From an uncultured Methanosarcinales archaeon (GTDB taxonomy: Archaea; Nanobdellota; Nanobdellia; Woesearchaeales; ARS49), in the NCBI GenBank assembly GCA_964358315.1, contig CAYHOF010000004.1, positions 2,431 to 66,430 on the forward strand: 64,000 nt of DNA. Direction: 5' to 3'. The notes below the pieces were generated by a model. That model had not been told where the DNA came from. It did no database searches and saw nothing but the letters and a program-made list of their open reading frames with translations. The position numbers were made by a program, and so were the translations under genes. Each line of letters opens with the position of its first letter. Position 1 is the first letter of the stretch. Shown here one piece after another: positions 28,001-35,187 of this stretch.

Positions 28001-30747
28001 ACGAGGCCTGCGATGCCTTCTCCTACTTTGAGATTGTTGTAAATGACGGTCCCATCTTCATGTACTTCGATGTGGTATTTTGCCAGTTCTCTATCGGCAT
28101 TCTCCCCATATATTCGCCGGACCTCAGCAATAAGTCCTTGGATGCCTTTTGTGGCGACGATGCGTTCTGTCTGTATTGAGCGTGAGAGCGTTTCGATCCG
28201 TGCTGCATCGATGGGTTGCACTGCGACGTTCCACCTGTCGCCGAATGCGCCGGAAAATCCTGCGAGGATGATGTCTGTGACGTCGTTATTGTCACGCACG
28301 ACATTGGGTCTGCCGCTGCCTTCGCTGTCGAAGAAGTATGCCGTTATTCTCTGTGGTTCTCCTGCGTTGCTGAAGCGGGGGTTTTGCCTGCCATCTTCAT
28401 AGACGAGTCCTTTGGCGAGGATGCTGTCTTTGGTGAGCTGCACCTTGAATACATCATTCTTGCCGTCGTTGGTCTCGGTGTATTCCCACACTTTTGTTAT
28501 CTGATGGGCGCTTCCCAAGGAACGAAGCGCATCCTGCTCCGCAGTAGCATCAAGTCGGACGCCATTTGTGTCGTAGATCTCGCGCGCGATACCATCCTTG
28601 TCGAAAACGATGCCGTATGCCTTTTCGTTGAGTATGTATGCGGTGCCGATGGTCTTGCCGCTGCCGTCTTTGAATGGTCGGGATGTGGTGGCTTCGACAA
28701 AGCCAAGTGACTTCTGGCCTGCTGCGGTGAGGGGATTCGCTGAACGGAGATAGAACTGCAGATTTGTGGCGTCGGCGGAATTCCTGAAGAAAGCATTTGC
28801 GGACGTGTCTGTGGTGACGATGCGTCGATCAGGCAATGTGAATTCGCCAACACCCGTCACCGCGAAATCGCCGACAGTGAGTTTGCCGGTCTTCACGTTT
28901 GTCTCGAACGAGAAGAACGCCCGTGTCTCAGGCCGTCCATCGTCGCCCGGGTCGCTGTTGATTTTCTGCAGGAGCTTCTGCTGTGCTTCAGGATGGAAGT
29001 AGTCCGCGAGGAACGTATCCAACTCTGCGGCGTTCGTGATAGTGACTTTCTTCTCGGTCAGTTTGTTGTTCTCGATGACGTATGCGCTCAGCTCGGTTTG
29101 TCCACTGTTCTTGATCGCGTCCAGCGCACTTTGTTTGTATCCACTGAGGCCTTGCTGGATTTTGAGTATGTCCGAGATGGCCGCAGCACGTGCATCAAGT
29201 AACGCAGATCCTTTTCCATCTTGTATGTAGACGTGAATCGGTTCGATGATCTTGCCGTCGCTGCCAACACGTGGTTTTACACGGATGATCTCTCCTGTGT
29301 TGAGTCCTTTGTTCGCATCCCGACGGCCAAACGCTCCGATCGCAGTTTCACGCTCGTAGGCGGAATCTGTGCCGCGAAGGACGAAATCAGCTGTCGTGAC
29401 AAGACCTGTTGGCGTTCTTCCAAAGTTGAGTGTGAAATAATTCGTGATTTGTTCTTCAAGATAGCCTACGTCGGTCTGCGTGCGTACCTGGAATTGGCCT
29501 TTTCCATCGAGATTGATGCGTGACGGTTGACCGTCAGGTCCGAACGTGATTTTGACATGAGGAAGGAGATCATCTGCGGTGAGACTGGTCATGCCCGTAA
29601 TAGCCGGCACTTGTTTTCCCGTGCTGTCGGTCACCGTGCGATCACTCGCAAACGTGGCAGGTCCTAGTACTCGGAGCTCGTTTGCCTCAAAACGTATGTC
29701 GATTTCGCCGCCTTTTTGTGCACTTGTGATCGTGATGCCTTGGTATTTCACCTGGGTACCATCGACGATGAGAAAGTGGATGTTGCCTTCAGAATCCTTG
29801 ATGGCGTTCACGCCTCCTTTCACAAGGTCCACGTTGTTGCCATCGACAGCTTGCAACGAAAGTGAGCCGTCAGGATTGGTTTTGATGCTGCTCAAGACGG
29901 CGTCTTGGGCGAGGATGCTCTTGCATTGCGCGCCGAAACCGCCGGCACAGATGACAAAGCCATTGAATTCTTGTCCTTTTATGATATCGCCTGTCGCAGT
30001 GATGAACAAGTTTTGTCCGCCGGCGTTGGCAGCGAGTTCTTTGAGATTCAGTCCGCAACCACGTCCTTGCTCGCATTGGAACGCACTATTGAAGAGGTAG
30101 CCATCGACGTACGTCACGCTGCCAGGTGGTACTCGCGCAGCGAGTGACGGATCGACGACAAATGTGAACGATCCTGCCGGAAGACCGAGCACCTGCTGCA
30201 TCGCGCCATTGACGGCGGCAGGATTGAGTTGGACGAGGTTGCCGATTCGTTGCAGGAGCGTCGCGTCAGCCAATTGCGCAGACGTGAGCGCCAGACGCTG
30301 GTCGAGCGTCATCCCGGAAATTCCTACCTGTCCCATTGCCAAGATGTGCTGGGAATCGAGCTGTCGTAAATTTTCAAGAGGAAGCGCGGCAATATGTTGC
30401 GCTAAGAGCGATGGTGGGGCATTGTTTGGATCAAATGCGGGATGGACAAAAATTCTGGGATATATGCCGGGAGTGTTATAGAGCTGTTGTAATGACTCAG
30501 CCGGAAGTGAAGTGATGTGTTCGGCGATGATTGCGAGCGGAGCATTGTTTATGTTGAATGACGGGTTTGAAAAAATTGCGGGATACGCACTAGGATTACT
30601 GTAATCGTCGGATGTGAGCTCTCCCTCTGTGAAGTCGGTGCGCTCAGGCGTCGTACTTGAATCAGTCTCGGGGGAGTCTGCCAAGACAGGGATACTGCTG
30701 CAGAGTATGAGGATGATCTGCATGATGCACAGGAATTTCCGATTCAT
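16081..30747 (-). CDS. Giant secreted multidomain protein (4888 aa). Signal peptide, N-terminal ~41-aa tandem repeats, long TPR/alpha-helical and Ala/Gln-rich regions, Thr-rich tandem repeats, 'RCGPGAPG' module, C-terminal PEP-synthase/rifampin-phosphotransferase-like kinase module.
   Basis: Single ORF. N-terminus 'MNRKFLCIMQIILILCSSIPVLADS' reads as a signal peptide. C-terminal ~690 aa contain 'GGKAANLGEM' (PPDK_N / ATP-grasp) and 'GGRLSHAAVVARKFGIPAIVG' (PEP-utilising phospho-His domain). Start overlaps the stop of the upstream gene by ATGA. Confidence 0.8.
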   Translation of the reverse strand: MNRKFLCIMQIILILCSSIPVLADSPETDSSTTPERTDFTEGELTSDDYSNPSAYPAIFSNPSFNINNAPLAIIAEHITSLPAESLQQLYNTPGIYPRIFVHPAFDPNNAPPSLLAQHIAALPLENLRQLDSQHILAMGQVGISGMTLDQRLALTSAQLADATLLQRIGNLVQLNPAAVNGAMQQVLGLPAGSFTFVVDPSLAARVPPGSVTYVDGYLFNSAFQCEQGRGCGLNLKELAANAGGQNLFITATGDIIKGQEFNGFVICAGGFGAQCKSILAQDAVLSSIKTNPDGSLSLQAVDGNNVDLVKGGVNAIKDSEGNIHFLIVDGTQVKYQGITITSAQKGGEIDIRFEANELRVLGPATFASDRTVTDSTGKQVPAITGMTSLTADDLLPHVKITFGPDGQPSRINLDGKGQFQVRTQTDVGYLEEQITNYFTLNFGRTPTGLVTTADFVLRGTDSAYERETAIGAFGRRDANKGLNTGEIIRVKPRVGSDGKIIEPIHVYIQDGKGSALLDARAAAISDILKIQQGLSGYKQSALDAIKNSGQTELSAYVIENNKLTEKKVTITNAAELDTFLADYFHPEAQQKLLQKINSDPGDDGRPETRAFFSFETNVKTGKLTVGDFAVTGVGEFTLPDRRIVTTDTSANAFFRNSADATNLQFYLRSANPLTAAGQKSLGFVEATTSRPFKDGSGKTIGTAYILNEKAYGIVFDKDGIAREIYDTNGVRLDATAEQDALRSLGSAHQITKVWEYTETNDGKNDVFKVQLTKDSILAKGLVYEDGRQNPRFSNAGEPQRITAYFFDSEGSGRPNVVRDNNDVTDIILAGFSGAFGDRWNVAVQPIDAARIETLSRSIQTERIVATKGIQGLIAEVRRIYGENADRELAKYHIEVHEDGTVIYNNLKVGEGIAGLVTPEAIGPGGAPRPTIISGVLEQVAADAKLGNVPLLIDAARKEAANDHAAAIHAYQLYIQGGGSKSYAASQIYAQYKADNKQADGLLAIQSLAADPSLSLSDKVALLSLTGTALADAKRYGDIEGILQQLEQLKQTPRITPEFIKYLDQKIGDITKERLAAQASDATLNQEQRLQAAASLAKVDAKAAASAYASIFDPNAPDYLQKVRSVLGSLSQADQDKTLAAAYQRAADNKALTADQRISYLEQSLAFAQKSGGQPTPELLKSLGLSYEQQGRYEDAYQKYRESQEAFGDRAAQQNFETRNGFSFANYFQEQNVLTEREFNVIQRTTTPNREQQLATLGATYLATTLRSAKDDIPISFRTAQAYANINDIAASRTLTSNVIATAQAALKTSTGDETKTLRQTIIQAATLQASNARAAGGADVYKNERAAYELALEQSVALGDKSQSDAIKARIEATWYQEATALKIQGKTAEAHDVLVEAAKNGYKRGLLSEAYAQLSSDNADKYAIINDLLQRSDLANAKELDVVQLQNAVTRSRLNDKLKELKTILASEGKEGQSEASAEMISLYDELEKRTRALPEAERLKLKEDIRLSLLTLFEAAVIQKHAATAEAVRDELRSQLGDAAKEDILLFNENIAQMRLDRIFERKVIDKEALTRFVEEYGATKAGKFAAPQLAIENANTELESITRVGEAKDFGKIKTFLASVEKELERTDLTENQRLQLESIARRARASTGDDLEIARGIVQQAKYRLEKASPEERVKAQQELDNSPQIAALYLLERGKYSDAKEFLFKDAAPGLDALAALQQGTITQVDDKTIHFMAIVAKNIVYLQAGPELRAKIPEGDVSIDELLKLPDLPASVKEQLERINGKIKGMDAFSKGSHGNQDLIKKMGVDINYWEGQLRLEKDPLIRDAINAVIQSDKQAINTYISVSPTSREHDNLEKVRKAASYLHEYAYATSDAERNAINTKYQDKALSILQSGIARSQELAYTNFIQPNLDGYFAKKLQASDNIATIYDALYNAAQNADPSTAALLTKDLRYVETRIKENVATLAEQARQGTTDTELMSNLLRLTSTTKNSVLGDDLERSLLPLTHNTLLSLKSSSAGDADALYRFGTLAREYSTVAQRAETLTVDKTTGKFTVDETGKIGVLTQDQKVEALNFQVDAWQGLQAIAAKNPEYKTYVELAQQEAFIGIGSASADVKKQFVRDNARVAAATLELYEKNVRDAISNVGYFEGSDKTTADSNYAGTGKNLYAAIAQELGSGDDADIAKRFDAINRQLARSTELYNSVTQDTLYSRGARAVKPLTEGVYNTANGLVNTGIALYDGDWQKASDSLYSATGGLVQATVGTVTGAGGEFVKLVVRAPTDLVRNSYNAVVSIGGSDAWTVDSSNDKAEKKARDLAQQTRVLLEVNSKLTQQGLTTQERLDFFKTVGTTGSETYGINEQTIRILGEAKKASEKFEDKGALYGVVLAGDERYKTALALRDARVALKEEHDRLQGFHDGKFSFFSNKEDVSGLDRAAETVQIPLKAFSLMWNWGMDKSQNGGGTLELLEQKGSMARLDKSVEAALQQPGIRLTDAVEKDPLLWSALRKSDPLMQGYLKDRFGAAWRNNAAAKELHTQTLLNVAQTKYLSGDYETGQQYIKLIGDKALLEDYDRAVRVVESTDSFIELGNTIIMSGLMAPLSTGGVAIFGKAGSVAGSILERESVKALQATLVSRLPTFARLGGTTVAAAKQVGAFINKIAPENEEDLSTYFTRKPQGGFRVADPFTELMTQVRVTVSLREAFFDPANFVGEIAGNIFGDSSAFGQAMSSLAEGLGEGSETFGGRLIKARVDAKVAVHSQSIFNDVIGAGALTIIAQDGTKQSATNVVDLYRAMAEGGVQAVTTTTGKTLTFEDVQRLAGKAETFGRRDQLNEEGDASSKKQAEQLDNQVLLQDATARYNAAKTPTERQAAEEQLLNLHQQETKIQTDLLNIKAQELAPDDTVGRTANDASQAELAYRTAVLAEERAQRALITAAASGNTAAVARATQARNYAGTDRAVAEAAMQTSRATYFNAVQNAASSAIANPSMGTRMKSALGIDVPDVRKAATERVKAARQQSDATASATMAKTEVAVRLEGGTSQQAINAVDIALSFARADHAQAMAALSNLPVLTPEQRAKAEEVERDARARTAQLTHERTQILESALQQQTAAAAVQAAHTVAGAPQTVADHAQEVARVAQQTALRAQTLGTPDAGARDTQAAQLKALADLVTQAAKAAEEASPENKEAARQKVQQLAAELQELASQPVTTQVAAEQATQTATRLTPAAQAAAQTAPRDTTTSLAAQLAALSITQDTTTVTIQTTRGTLKTDPVTGATQLVPETLTGTITTQNGKTTITTADGPITINDNQVDTITAPTPTPTAAPVPRDTSKTLDKQLEALGIVPDTPITVNVRSILVPNPQTGKTEIVTTITGRIVRAANGQTTIRRQSDGVEIQINDNDVTTFTTPTAAPQVTPTPSAVDEVAAERALRGVSTQTINEQVTTQPDGTVAASEDLTNNVIALGIPGSELAAEVERRTEQNDRCKVASPLRCGPGAPGVRVSEQQVETALDQTVDEKVKETIAPPAPPVVPTPTVTPEAPVQEYDGEKDLADILPRADNPRLRDTNIRFVVSGAVPTVDAVVDGEGARLHYELGNKVARAPGYINYKRNRIDFFNVNTPEARASALAVVQSWQSKPGFESMHGMDIIINGEIVGKFNSKFAVQTDAKPVPMQTRVVRNPWTLFLTQRIQVVIAGTTYHMGLDGDLTLPQHNIKLSARTMQTATGESITSVTVETLAKPTDLAYQYSNTEYDIVRGKREIRVTTTPQTTDIGSITLTARPDRQAGTMNDIARIDPSITAIERLPDGSVRVTAGTNTVTLDQTRQEAALASGTVVSIDQDGILFVNNRKAFNREFISIPPQNFGSIQQAVTPTPAVPAELPVPLTGETVSFTTKDGKLEVGYSILRMNPDGTMILQKKNAAGVVDQVEVPPIALVQAVEITADQTPAEAAQQLADMFKKLSQEGGQLTLNYVMYEKDGKLVIRVAEAGTFHEGMVEEGVIVHARGVLTGADIQPTMFRGDEAMSAQDAQPLLATYVAFATPIIQEAMNQAGLLALSEQALSIMTLDSQGNVWHYKQDGSRVTVLKNGEQAGTFSLGGDISHGSLANAVNEWIARTGSEAPVVDYKSSQNIFTIVEGVKDGKRFVQTQFADENEFRTFAAGNRNLYRALAVYAGETPIVSKFGDRTGGATEFRTVELVPSGTMVEGLGEHGAAFRASLGGKAANLGEMIALGMPVPPGFVLTTEAFEHYQRTGELPTTAMNDQLKQTFDVTQEGTLYDPNDPTADPATPLFVSVRSGAPVSMPGVLETVLNVGLTDETLPALARMIGQVEATRTYATFLQSFAVTVLGYEKARIDRFAAGATPTQVIERMKLLLTRDGHERFLHNGRAQLDAATEAVFKSWNTPGAVAYRDANRIPHTLGTAVTVQKMVFGNNRLGTSLTGILFTQNPITGEATPTGEYLPNAQGEEVVSGKGAVRSVADLQRTSPALHRQLLAYAETLERHFGTAQDIEFTVDNGRLYILQTRTAEMEPAAALRSIINLVEKGVFGTPPAAYEAAFERMKPLLSQLRQTQVREGQKASTLLAAEPASSGAATGVIVRAIGAQKQAGIERAKTLIQQGQKVILVTDALTPEDVGQVVTIDGVVVPMMSRLAGVVAMEGGRLSHAAVVARKFGIPAIVGAKSADIALLAQTISTKDVITIDGNTGKFFLGALELTQRFPGIAAATSYDQVAALVAPTAQQAPPGTYSPSQVKEEYLGLKGLLEQGVDVKVVIAGGKIAYVSANSQTLHNTIIPGEKKNRVEGYIKVSKGTIELFIGPRDRAVRINAVLEKLKELENEPGLEGLHGFTVIAGNEVIHTFNSAHATSAPLAAMTPADRQNMFTGRATASLQC
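16084..18160 (-). other. PEP-synthase/PPDK N-terminal (ATP-grasp) plus PEP-utilising swivel phospho-His module at the C-terminus of giant protein 2. No TIM-barrel PEP/pyruvate domain, so the arrangement resembles rifampin-phosphotransferase-type kinases.
   Basis: 'GGKAANLGE' is encoded at ~18075–18100 and 'GGRLSHAAV' at ~16760–16790. Intervening sequence matches PPDK_N-like content ('PLFVSVRSGAPVSMPGVLETVLNVG'). Confidence 0.65.
20500..21050 (-). repeat. Thr-rich tandem protein repeats (2 x ~75 aa) inside giant protein 2. On the plus strand the DNA is strongly G/T-skewed.
   Basis: The units share the pattern 'TLTGTITTQNGKTTITTADGPITINDNQVDTITAPTPTPTAAPVPRD' / 'TTITGRIVRAANGQTTIRRQSDGVEIQINDNDVTTFTTPTAAPQVTPTP'. 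Repetition is visible at the nucleotide level. Confidence 0.55.
30357..30603 (-). repeat. Two tandem ~41-aa repeats at the N-terminus of giant protein 2
   Basis: 'YSNPSAYPAIFSNPSFNINNAPLAIIAEHITSLPAESLQQL' and 'YNTPGIYPRIFVHPAFDPNNAPPSLLAQHIAALPLENLRQL'. A DNA-level repeat ('aaaaattgcgggata...') is visible. Confidence 0.5.
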
Positions 30748-31727
30748 GGTTCTACCTGCACGGAGAGTTGTACTGTTGTCATGGTGTGTTTGTTATCTTC
30801 TGCGGTAATGAGAATGCTGTACGTTCCTACGACGCTGCTGCGGAGAATCAGTTTTCCATCTTGTAGTGTCGCGATGGGACTCGACGTGCTGAGGGTGAAC
30901 TGATCCCCGTCAGGGTCTGTTGCATGGAGGTCTATCGTTTTGATTTCATCGCGCGTCACTAGAACGGTCGTCGGAGCGTCTAAGGTAGGTGCGCGGTTTG
31001 CTGCCGCTTGGATTGCGATGACAAATGTGTAACTATCGGAGGTTATGTCGCCAGCCTTGGTGGTGAGCAAGAATGTCGATGCATCGTAGGGTACGATATC
31101 GTGGGAGAACCGGTCTTGTGCGAGTGCGGTGATATCTATTGTTGTGCTCGTTGCGATTTGTTGCGCCGCACTGGCGACGCTGAGATAGAGCGGTCCGAGC
31201 GGTATGGCGACCCTTGCGACCTCGTTGCCCAGGGTGTACGTCAGCGCGCCTTTGGTGATGGTCACAGACCATTGTAGTGTGGCGCGCAGGTCTTCTCCTG
31301 CTTTGACCTCTACGATCGGCGGGACTGTTGCTATCACAAACCCCTCATTTTCCAATGCGGCTTTCTCGAAACATGAAGGCAGTGTTGATGCAACGTAGGT
31401 TGCGATATCATTCTCAATGTTGGAAAGTGTGGGGAGCGTCACATCCTTATTACGCACGCCATACGCGATAATAGTGTCTGCCTTGTGCAGTGCGTCCTCT
31501 GGTGCGAAGAGGTGGCCTCCTTGTGCACCGACGAGTCTTGCACCTTCTGTGAGGGCGCTCGTGAGACATGCTCGCACCTGTTGTTCCACAGGTCGGAACT
31601 CGATCGGCGCGACAAACGGTTGTTCTACGCCACTCGGAGTTCTGGTCAAATAAATTCCGAGCCCGACGACGATGATCAGGGCAAGGCCAAGGATGATGAT
31701 CACCGAGAGCTGCGCTCGTTTAATCAT
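30744..31727 (-). CDS. Membrane-anchored protein with a cadherin-like/Ig-like C-terminal domain. The alternative upstream start is at 31856.
   Basis: TM helix 'LSVIIILGLALIIVVGLGIYL'. C-terminal 'LHATDPDGDQFTLS...TYSILITAEDN' is cadherin-like. Stop overlaps the giant 2 ATG (ATGA). Confidence 0.55.
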   Translation of the reverse strand: MIKRAQLSVIIILGLALIIVVGLGIYLTRTPSGVEQPFVAPIEFRPVEQQVRACLTSALTEGARLVGAQGGHLFAPEDALHKADTIIAYGVRNKDVTLPTLSNIENDIATYVASTLPSCFEKAALENEGFVIATVPPIVEVKAGEDLRATLQWSVTITKGALTYTLGNEVARVAIPLGPLYLSVASAAQQIATSTTIDITALAQDRFSHDIVPYDASTFLLTTKAGDITSDSYTFVIAIQAAANRAPTLDAPTTVLVTRDEIKTIDLHATDPDGDQFTLSTSSPIATLQDGKLILRSSVVGTYSILITAEDNKHTMTTVQLSVQVEP

Positions 31728-32214
31728 GTGTGTCACCCCAGGCGCGCCAGAATCGTTCATAACCGTAGATGATGATACCCTTTTGCATCCGTTGGAGTGC
31801 TTCTTTTGTTGGCTGGACAAAGGTGATTTCGTGGCCGTCAATGGCATGCCTGCCATGTCCTTCTGTACTGAGAACGATATAGGAGTTTTCGACGTGGGCG
31901 ATTGCGATGGCGTTGGTGATGTTGGCCTTGATGCGGTTCATGATGGCTTGATTGTCGTTTGCGTGGAGGAATGTCGCGCTCCGGAGACTGGTGGCCCAAC
32001 AGAGTGCTCCGATCATCAATTCGTTGCGAATGTCGGGCTTGCACAGAATGGATGCTCCGATGCGCTGCATGTGAAGCATACCTGCTTCACTCAGACTTTT
32101 GGCGTGCTGGTGTGTCCAGCCGTAGCTTTTGGAGATCTTGCTTGAGAGGTGGTGGATGGTGAGACTATCAGCTGGATGCTGTTCAAAGTACTGGATGATC
32201 TCCTCTCCTTTCAT
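31720..32214 (-). CDS. Putative winged-HTH transcriptional regulator (164 aa)
   Basis: N-terminal 'IIQYFEQHPADSLTIHHLSSKISKSYGWTHQHAKSLSEAGML' is HTH-like. First gene of the operon that ends in giant protein 2. AT-rich promoter island upstream. Confidence 0.4.
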   Translation of the reverse strand: MKGEEIIQYFEQHPADSLTIHHLSSKISKSYGWTHQHAKSLSEAGMLHMQRIGASILCKPDIRNELMIGALCWATSLRSATFLHANDNQAIMNRIKANITNAIAIAHVENSYIVLSTEGHGRHAIDGHEITFVQPTKEALQRMQKGIIIYGYERFWRAWGDTHD

Positions 32215-32318
32215 TGGCGTATCAAAGGTGTGTTCCCTTTAAATATCTAACGAAAAAATGATAATTATAGTAATTTTCAATAAAATACTAATAAATATAT
32301 TAAAATATTTCTAAACGA

Positions 32319-32338
32319 GATTAATATTATCATAATTA
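32319..32338. promoter_or_regulatory. Perfect 20-bp palindrome ATTATCATAATTATGATAAT inside a ~150-bp strongly AT-rich island (32215–32362)
   Basis: Read directly from the sequence. The island separates divergent genes: the wHTH/giant 2 operon on the minus strand and the membrane protein gene at 32363..32983. Confidence 0.5.
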
Positions 32339-32362
32339 TGATAATAAGATGCCCATTACAAA

Positions 32363-32983
32363 TCACTTGAACGTTTGTCGTGTCAATGACATGATGAGGC
32401 ACGTTCCTACAAACGTGGTCGCGCCTAACAGGACAAATGGAATGATGAACGTCCATGCCAACAAAAATGAAATGCCGGTTGCAGCAACAGAAAGCAAGAT
32501 CCAAACCAAATACCCTGTCGTCATCGCGAGCAGATAATTCGGCTGCAATATTGTGGGAATAAGTTGTGCGAGCGCCACTTTGACCGGCCTGCTGAACACC
32601 AAGAGCATGAGTGCAGGAATGATGTATGATAGGATGATGAGGTACAACGGGGGAACGAGATAGGCGTATTGGGGTAACTCAGCAGTGCGGGAAACTATTT
32701 GTGATATGGTGATGAAGATGACACAAGGAAGACTGAGTATGCCAATGATGCCTATGGCCACGAGACCATCGCGAAAAAGCGGCCAGATGGGTTTCCACGG
32801 AGGTAATTGATAGGGCGCCTCTGTAAATGTGAGTCCTGTTCGGATGGCATAGCCGAGCACCATGATATTGAAGGGTGGAAGAAGGGTCAGTATGCTCGCA
32901 ACCAAGAGCTTTCGCCAGTCTATGAGCGGGCGGATCAGTGCTGCTTTGAGATTCATGCTACTCCCTTTTGGGTCGGATAACAC
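32363..32983 (-). CDS. Polytopic membrane protein, hypothetical
   Basis: 206 aa with ~6 hydrophobic helices. An alternative start is at M10 (32956). Confidence 0.5.
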   Translation of the reverse strand: MLSDPKGSSMNLKAALIRPLIDWRKLLVASILTLLPPFNIMVLGYAIRTGLTFTEAPYQLPPWKPIWPLFRDGLVAIGIIGILSLPCVIFITISQIVSRTAELPQYAYLVPPLYLIILSYIIPALMLLVFSRPVKVALAQLIPTILQPNYLLAMTTGYLVWILLSVAATGISFLLAWTFIIPFVLLGATTFVGTCLIMSLTRQTFK

Positions 32984-33004
32984 TGTGCCCAGATAAAAAT
33001 GTAT

Positions 33005-34333
33005 CTAGTACTCGCCCACGCCTCGCCGCGCTTTCTGCTTCACGGGTTTCTCGTCCTTGAACGGCTCGCTTGGTTTGTCGTCATCGTTGGGGATTGCCGG
33101 GACTTTCATGCCCGGGACGCCGAAGGCGCTGAAGTCCGGATGGCCGAACACGCCGTCATAGCCTGGCCGGAAGGGGATGGTCTCGTTGCGGTCGGCAAGG
33201 ATGAGCTCGGCAAGCTTTGCGTCCGTGACTTTGGCGATGCGTTCGGCCGACGCGTCACGCAGTACCGCGAACTCATTGTCAAACTCCTTCATGAGGTCGG
33301 CGTGGATGGCGAAGACCTTCTTTGCGGTCACGGCAGTGCCGAGGCGTGACGCGATGACTTCGGAGAGCGGGATGAGGTGCTGGAACGGCTTTGCCTTCGG
33401 TGATTTCTGCCCTTCAGGGCGGTCTGCCAATGCCTCGACGCGCTGCAGCACGCCCACGGTCAGTTGCCGGTGGCATTTCGGGCACAGGTTGTTGAGTTTC
33501 AACGACGCAGCAGGCGCCAAACACACGTCGCACGCGCGGTGCCCGTCGTAATGGTACTTGCCTTCCTCAGGGAAGAACTCGATCGTGGACGTCAAACCAT
33601 ATCCTGTGCGGATCGCGCTGATCACGTCCTTGTACGTGAGCTTCGTGTCGAACACTGTCGCTTCCCGTCCGAGTTTCCAGGGCCAGTGGGAGTGCGCGTC
33701 CGAGAAGGACACGATGTTGAGATGGTCGAGCTGTTTGACGCGCCAGTTCATGGGCGGGTCGGACGAGAGCCCTGTCTCGATCGCGTGGATGTGTTTTGAT
33801 TGGTTCCCGAAACATTCCGTGAATGAATCAAACCCGGACGCGGAGCCGAACATGGCGAACCACGGCGTCCAGATGTGCGCGGGGATGACCTCGATGTCAT
33901 GGCTGATGCCGCGCAAGAGTTCGACGATGCGTTCGCACGAGAGCTTGAAGATCGGGCGGCCGTCATAGTCGATGCGGCCGTGACGTAGCAGCATCTCCTG
34001 CACTTGCGCGATGACGTCCAGAGAAGGGAAGAGTGCGACAAGATGCACGCGTCTGCCCTTGCCGCCTTGCGTGTAGACAAAGGACAATTCGGTCTGGAGC
34101 ATGAACGGATAATCCGTCGCCGTGCGCCAGATCCCATCGCCATCGTCGTCGTTGAGGTGCTGGCGCAGTTCCTGATACCATTGCGGGTGTTGCGCGTCGC
34201 CGGTACCGAGCAGCGTGATGCCTTTGACGCGCGCGAACTTCTCCATCGTCGGGATGGTGAGTTGGTTGCTTGTCGCGCGCGCGAAACGGGAGTGCACATG
34301 CAGGTCGGCGATGATCTCCGTCATACCTTCCAT
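33005..34333 (-). CDS. PHP-domain protein, endonuclease Q (EndoQ)-like
   Basis: N-terminal 'ADLHVHSRFARATS' is a PHP motif. C-terminal 'CDVCLAPAASLKLNNLCPKCH' is a Zn finger. ~440 aa, the size of the archaeal TIGR00375/EndoQ family. Confidence 0.6.
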   Translation of the reverse strand: MEGMTEIIADLHVHSRFARATSNQLTIPTMEKFARVKGITLLGTGDAQHPQWYQELRQHLNDDDGDGIWRTATDYPFMLQTELSFVYTQGGKGRRVHLVALFPSLDVIAQVQEMLLRHGRIDYDGRPIFKLSCERIVELLRGISHDIEVIPAHIWTPWFAMFGSASGFDSFTECFGNQSKHIHAIETGLSSDPPMNWRVKQLDHLNIVSFSDAHSHWPWKLGREATVFDTKLTYKDVISAIRTGYGLTSTIEFFPEEGKYHYDGHRACDVCLAPAASLKLNNLCPKCHRQLTVGVLQRVEALADRPEGQKSPKAKPFQHLIPLSEVIASRLGTAVTAKKVFAIHADLMKEFDNEFAVLRDASAERIAKVTDAKLAELILADRNETIPFRPGYDGVFGHPDFSAFGVPGMKVPAIPNDDDKPSEPFKDEKPVKQKARRGVGEY

Positions 34334-34357
34334 GTCGCGTTTGCGGAGTATAAAGAT

Positions 34358-35140
34358 TTATGCGGCAATCCGCTTGGTCTGAATGGCAGTGTACGCGTTG
34401 AGCGTCTCGTACAAGAACTGCATCGCAGGACGCTGCTGCGGGTTCTCGAGCATGCAGATGCGCAGCATGGTCTGCAGGTCAGGCGTCAGGTCGCGGCAGA
34501 GCAGGTGTTTGGCGACGGCCGCCATCGAGTAGACGTCCTCCGCGGGCGACGCGACGAGGTTGCGCTTTTTGAGTCTGGCGCGTTCGTGTTCGGGTGGCTC
34601 GTACCTGTCGGTGCTCGTGTGCGGCACGTCTTTTGCACCGACCTGCACGCTGGGGCCGAAGTCGATGAGGCGCGCCTCGAGTGCGTCGGTGACGAGGATG
34701 TTGCCTGGCTTGATGTCGCGCACGACGATGCCGTGATCGTTGATCTTCATGATGCCTTCGCAGGCGTGCGTGAGTAGCGCGGCGATGTCGTTCGGAGTAT
34801 ACGTGCGGCTCTCGTAGCAGTCTTTGAGGTCGCGCGGGAGTTGCGGCGTGACGATGCAGGGCAGGTTCGTTCCGTCAGGATAGGAAAGACGCGTGTCGAG
34901 CGGCGTCAGGATATGGTCGGGGAAGCGTTGCCCAAGGTCGTGCCAGACGCGTGATTCCTTGATGATCTCGTTCTGTGCTCTCGGATCGTACGCGGTCTTG
35001 ATGTGGACGTGCTGGGTCGATCCATGCTGAAGAAGGTCGGCGACGTAGTGCTGGACATGGTCGTTGCTACCAAGATGGCGTACGTTGGCAAGCGTCCCTT
35101 CTACGCTGTGCAGCACCGGTGTATGGCAGTACATATTCAC
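34358..35140 (-). CDS. Eukaryotic-like Ser/Thr protein kinase domain protein
   Basis: 'IVVRDIKPGNILV' (catalytic loop) and 'LIDFG' (DFG), plus an upstream VHIK lysine. Confidence 0.65.
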   Translation of the reverse strand: MNMYCHTPVLHSVEGTLANVRHLGSNDHVQHYVADLLQHGSTQHVHIKTAYDPRAQNEIIKESRVWHDLGQRFPDHILTPLDTRLSYPDGTNLPCIVTPQLPRDLKDCYESRTYTPNDIAALLTHACEGIMKINDHGIVVRDIKPGNILVTDALEARLIDFGPSVQVGAKDVPHTSTDRYEPPEHERARLKKRNLVASPAEDVYSMAAVAKHLLCRDLTPDLQTMLRICMLENPQQRPAMQFLYETLNAYTAIQTKRIAA

Positions 35141-35187
35141 TCACTAGTGGTAACAAAACGTTCAGGGACTATATAAATATTACGTCC

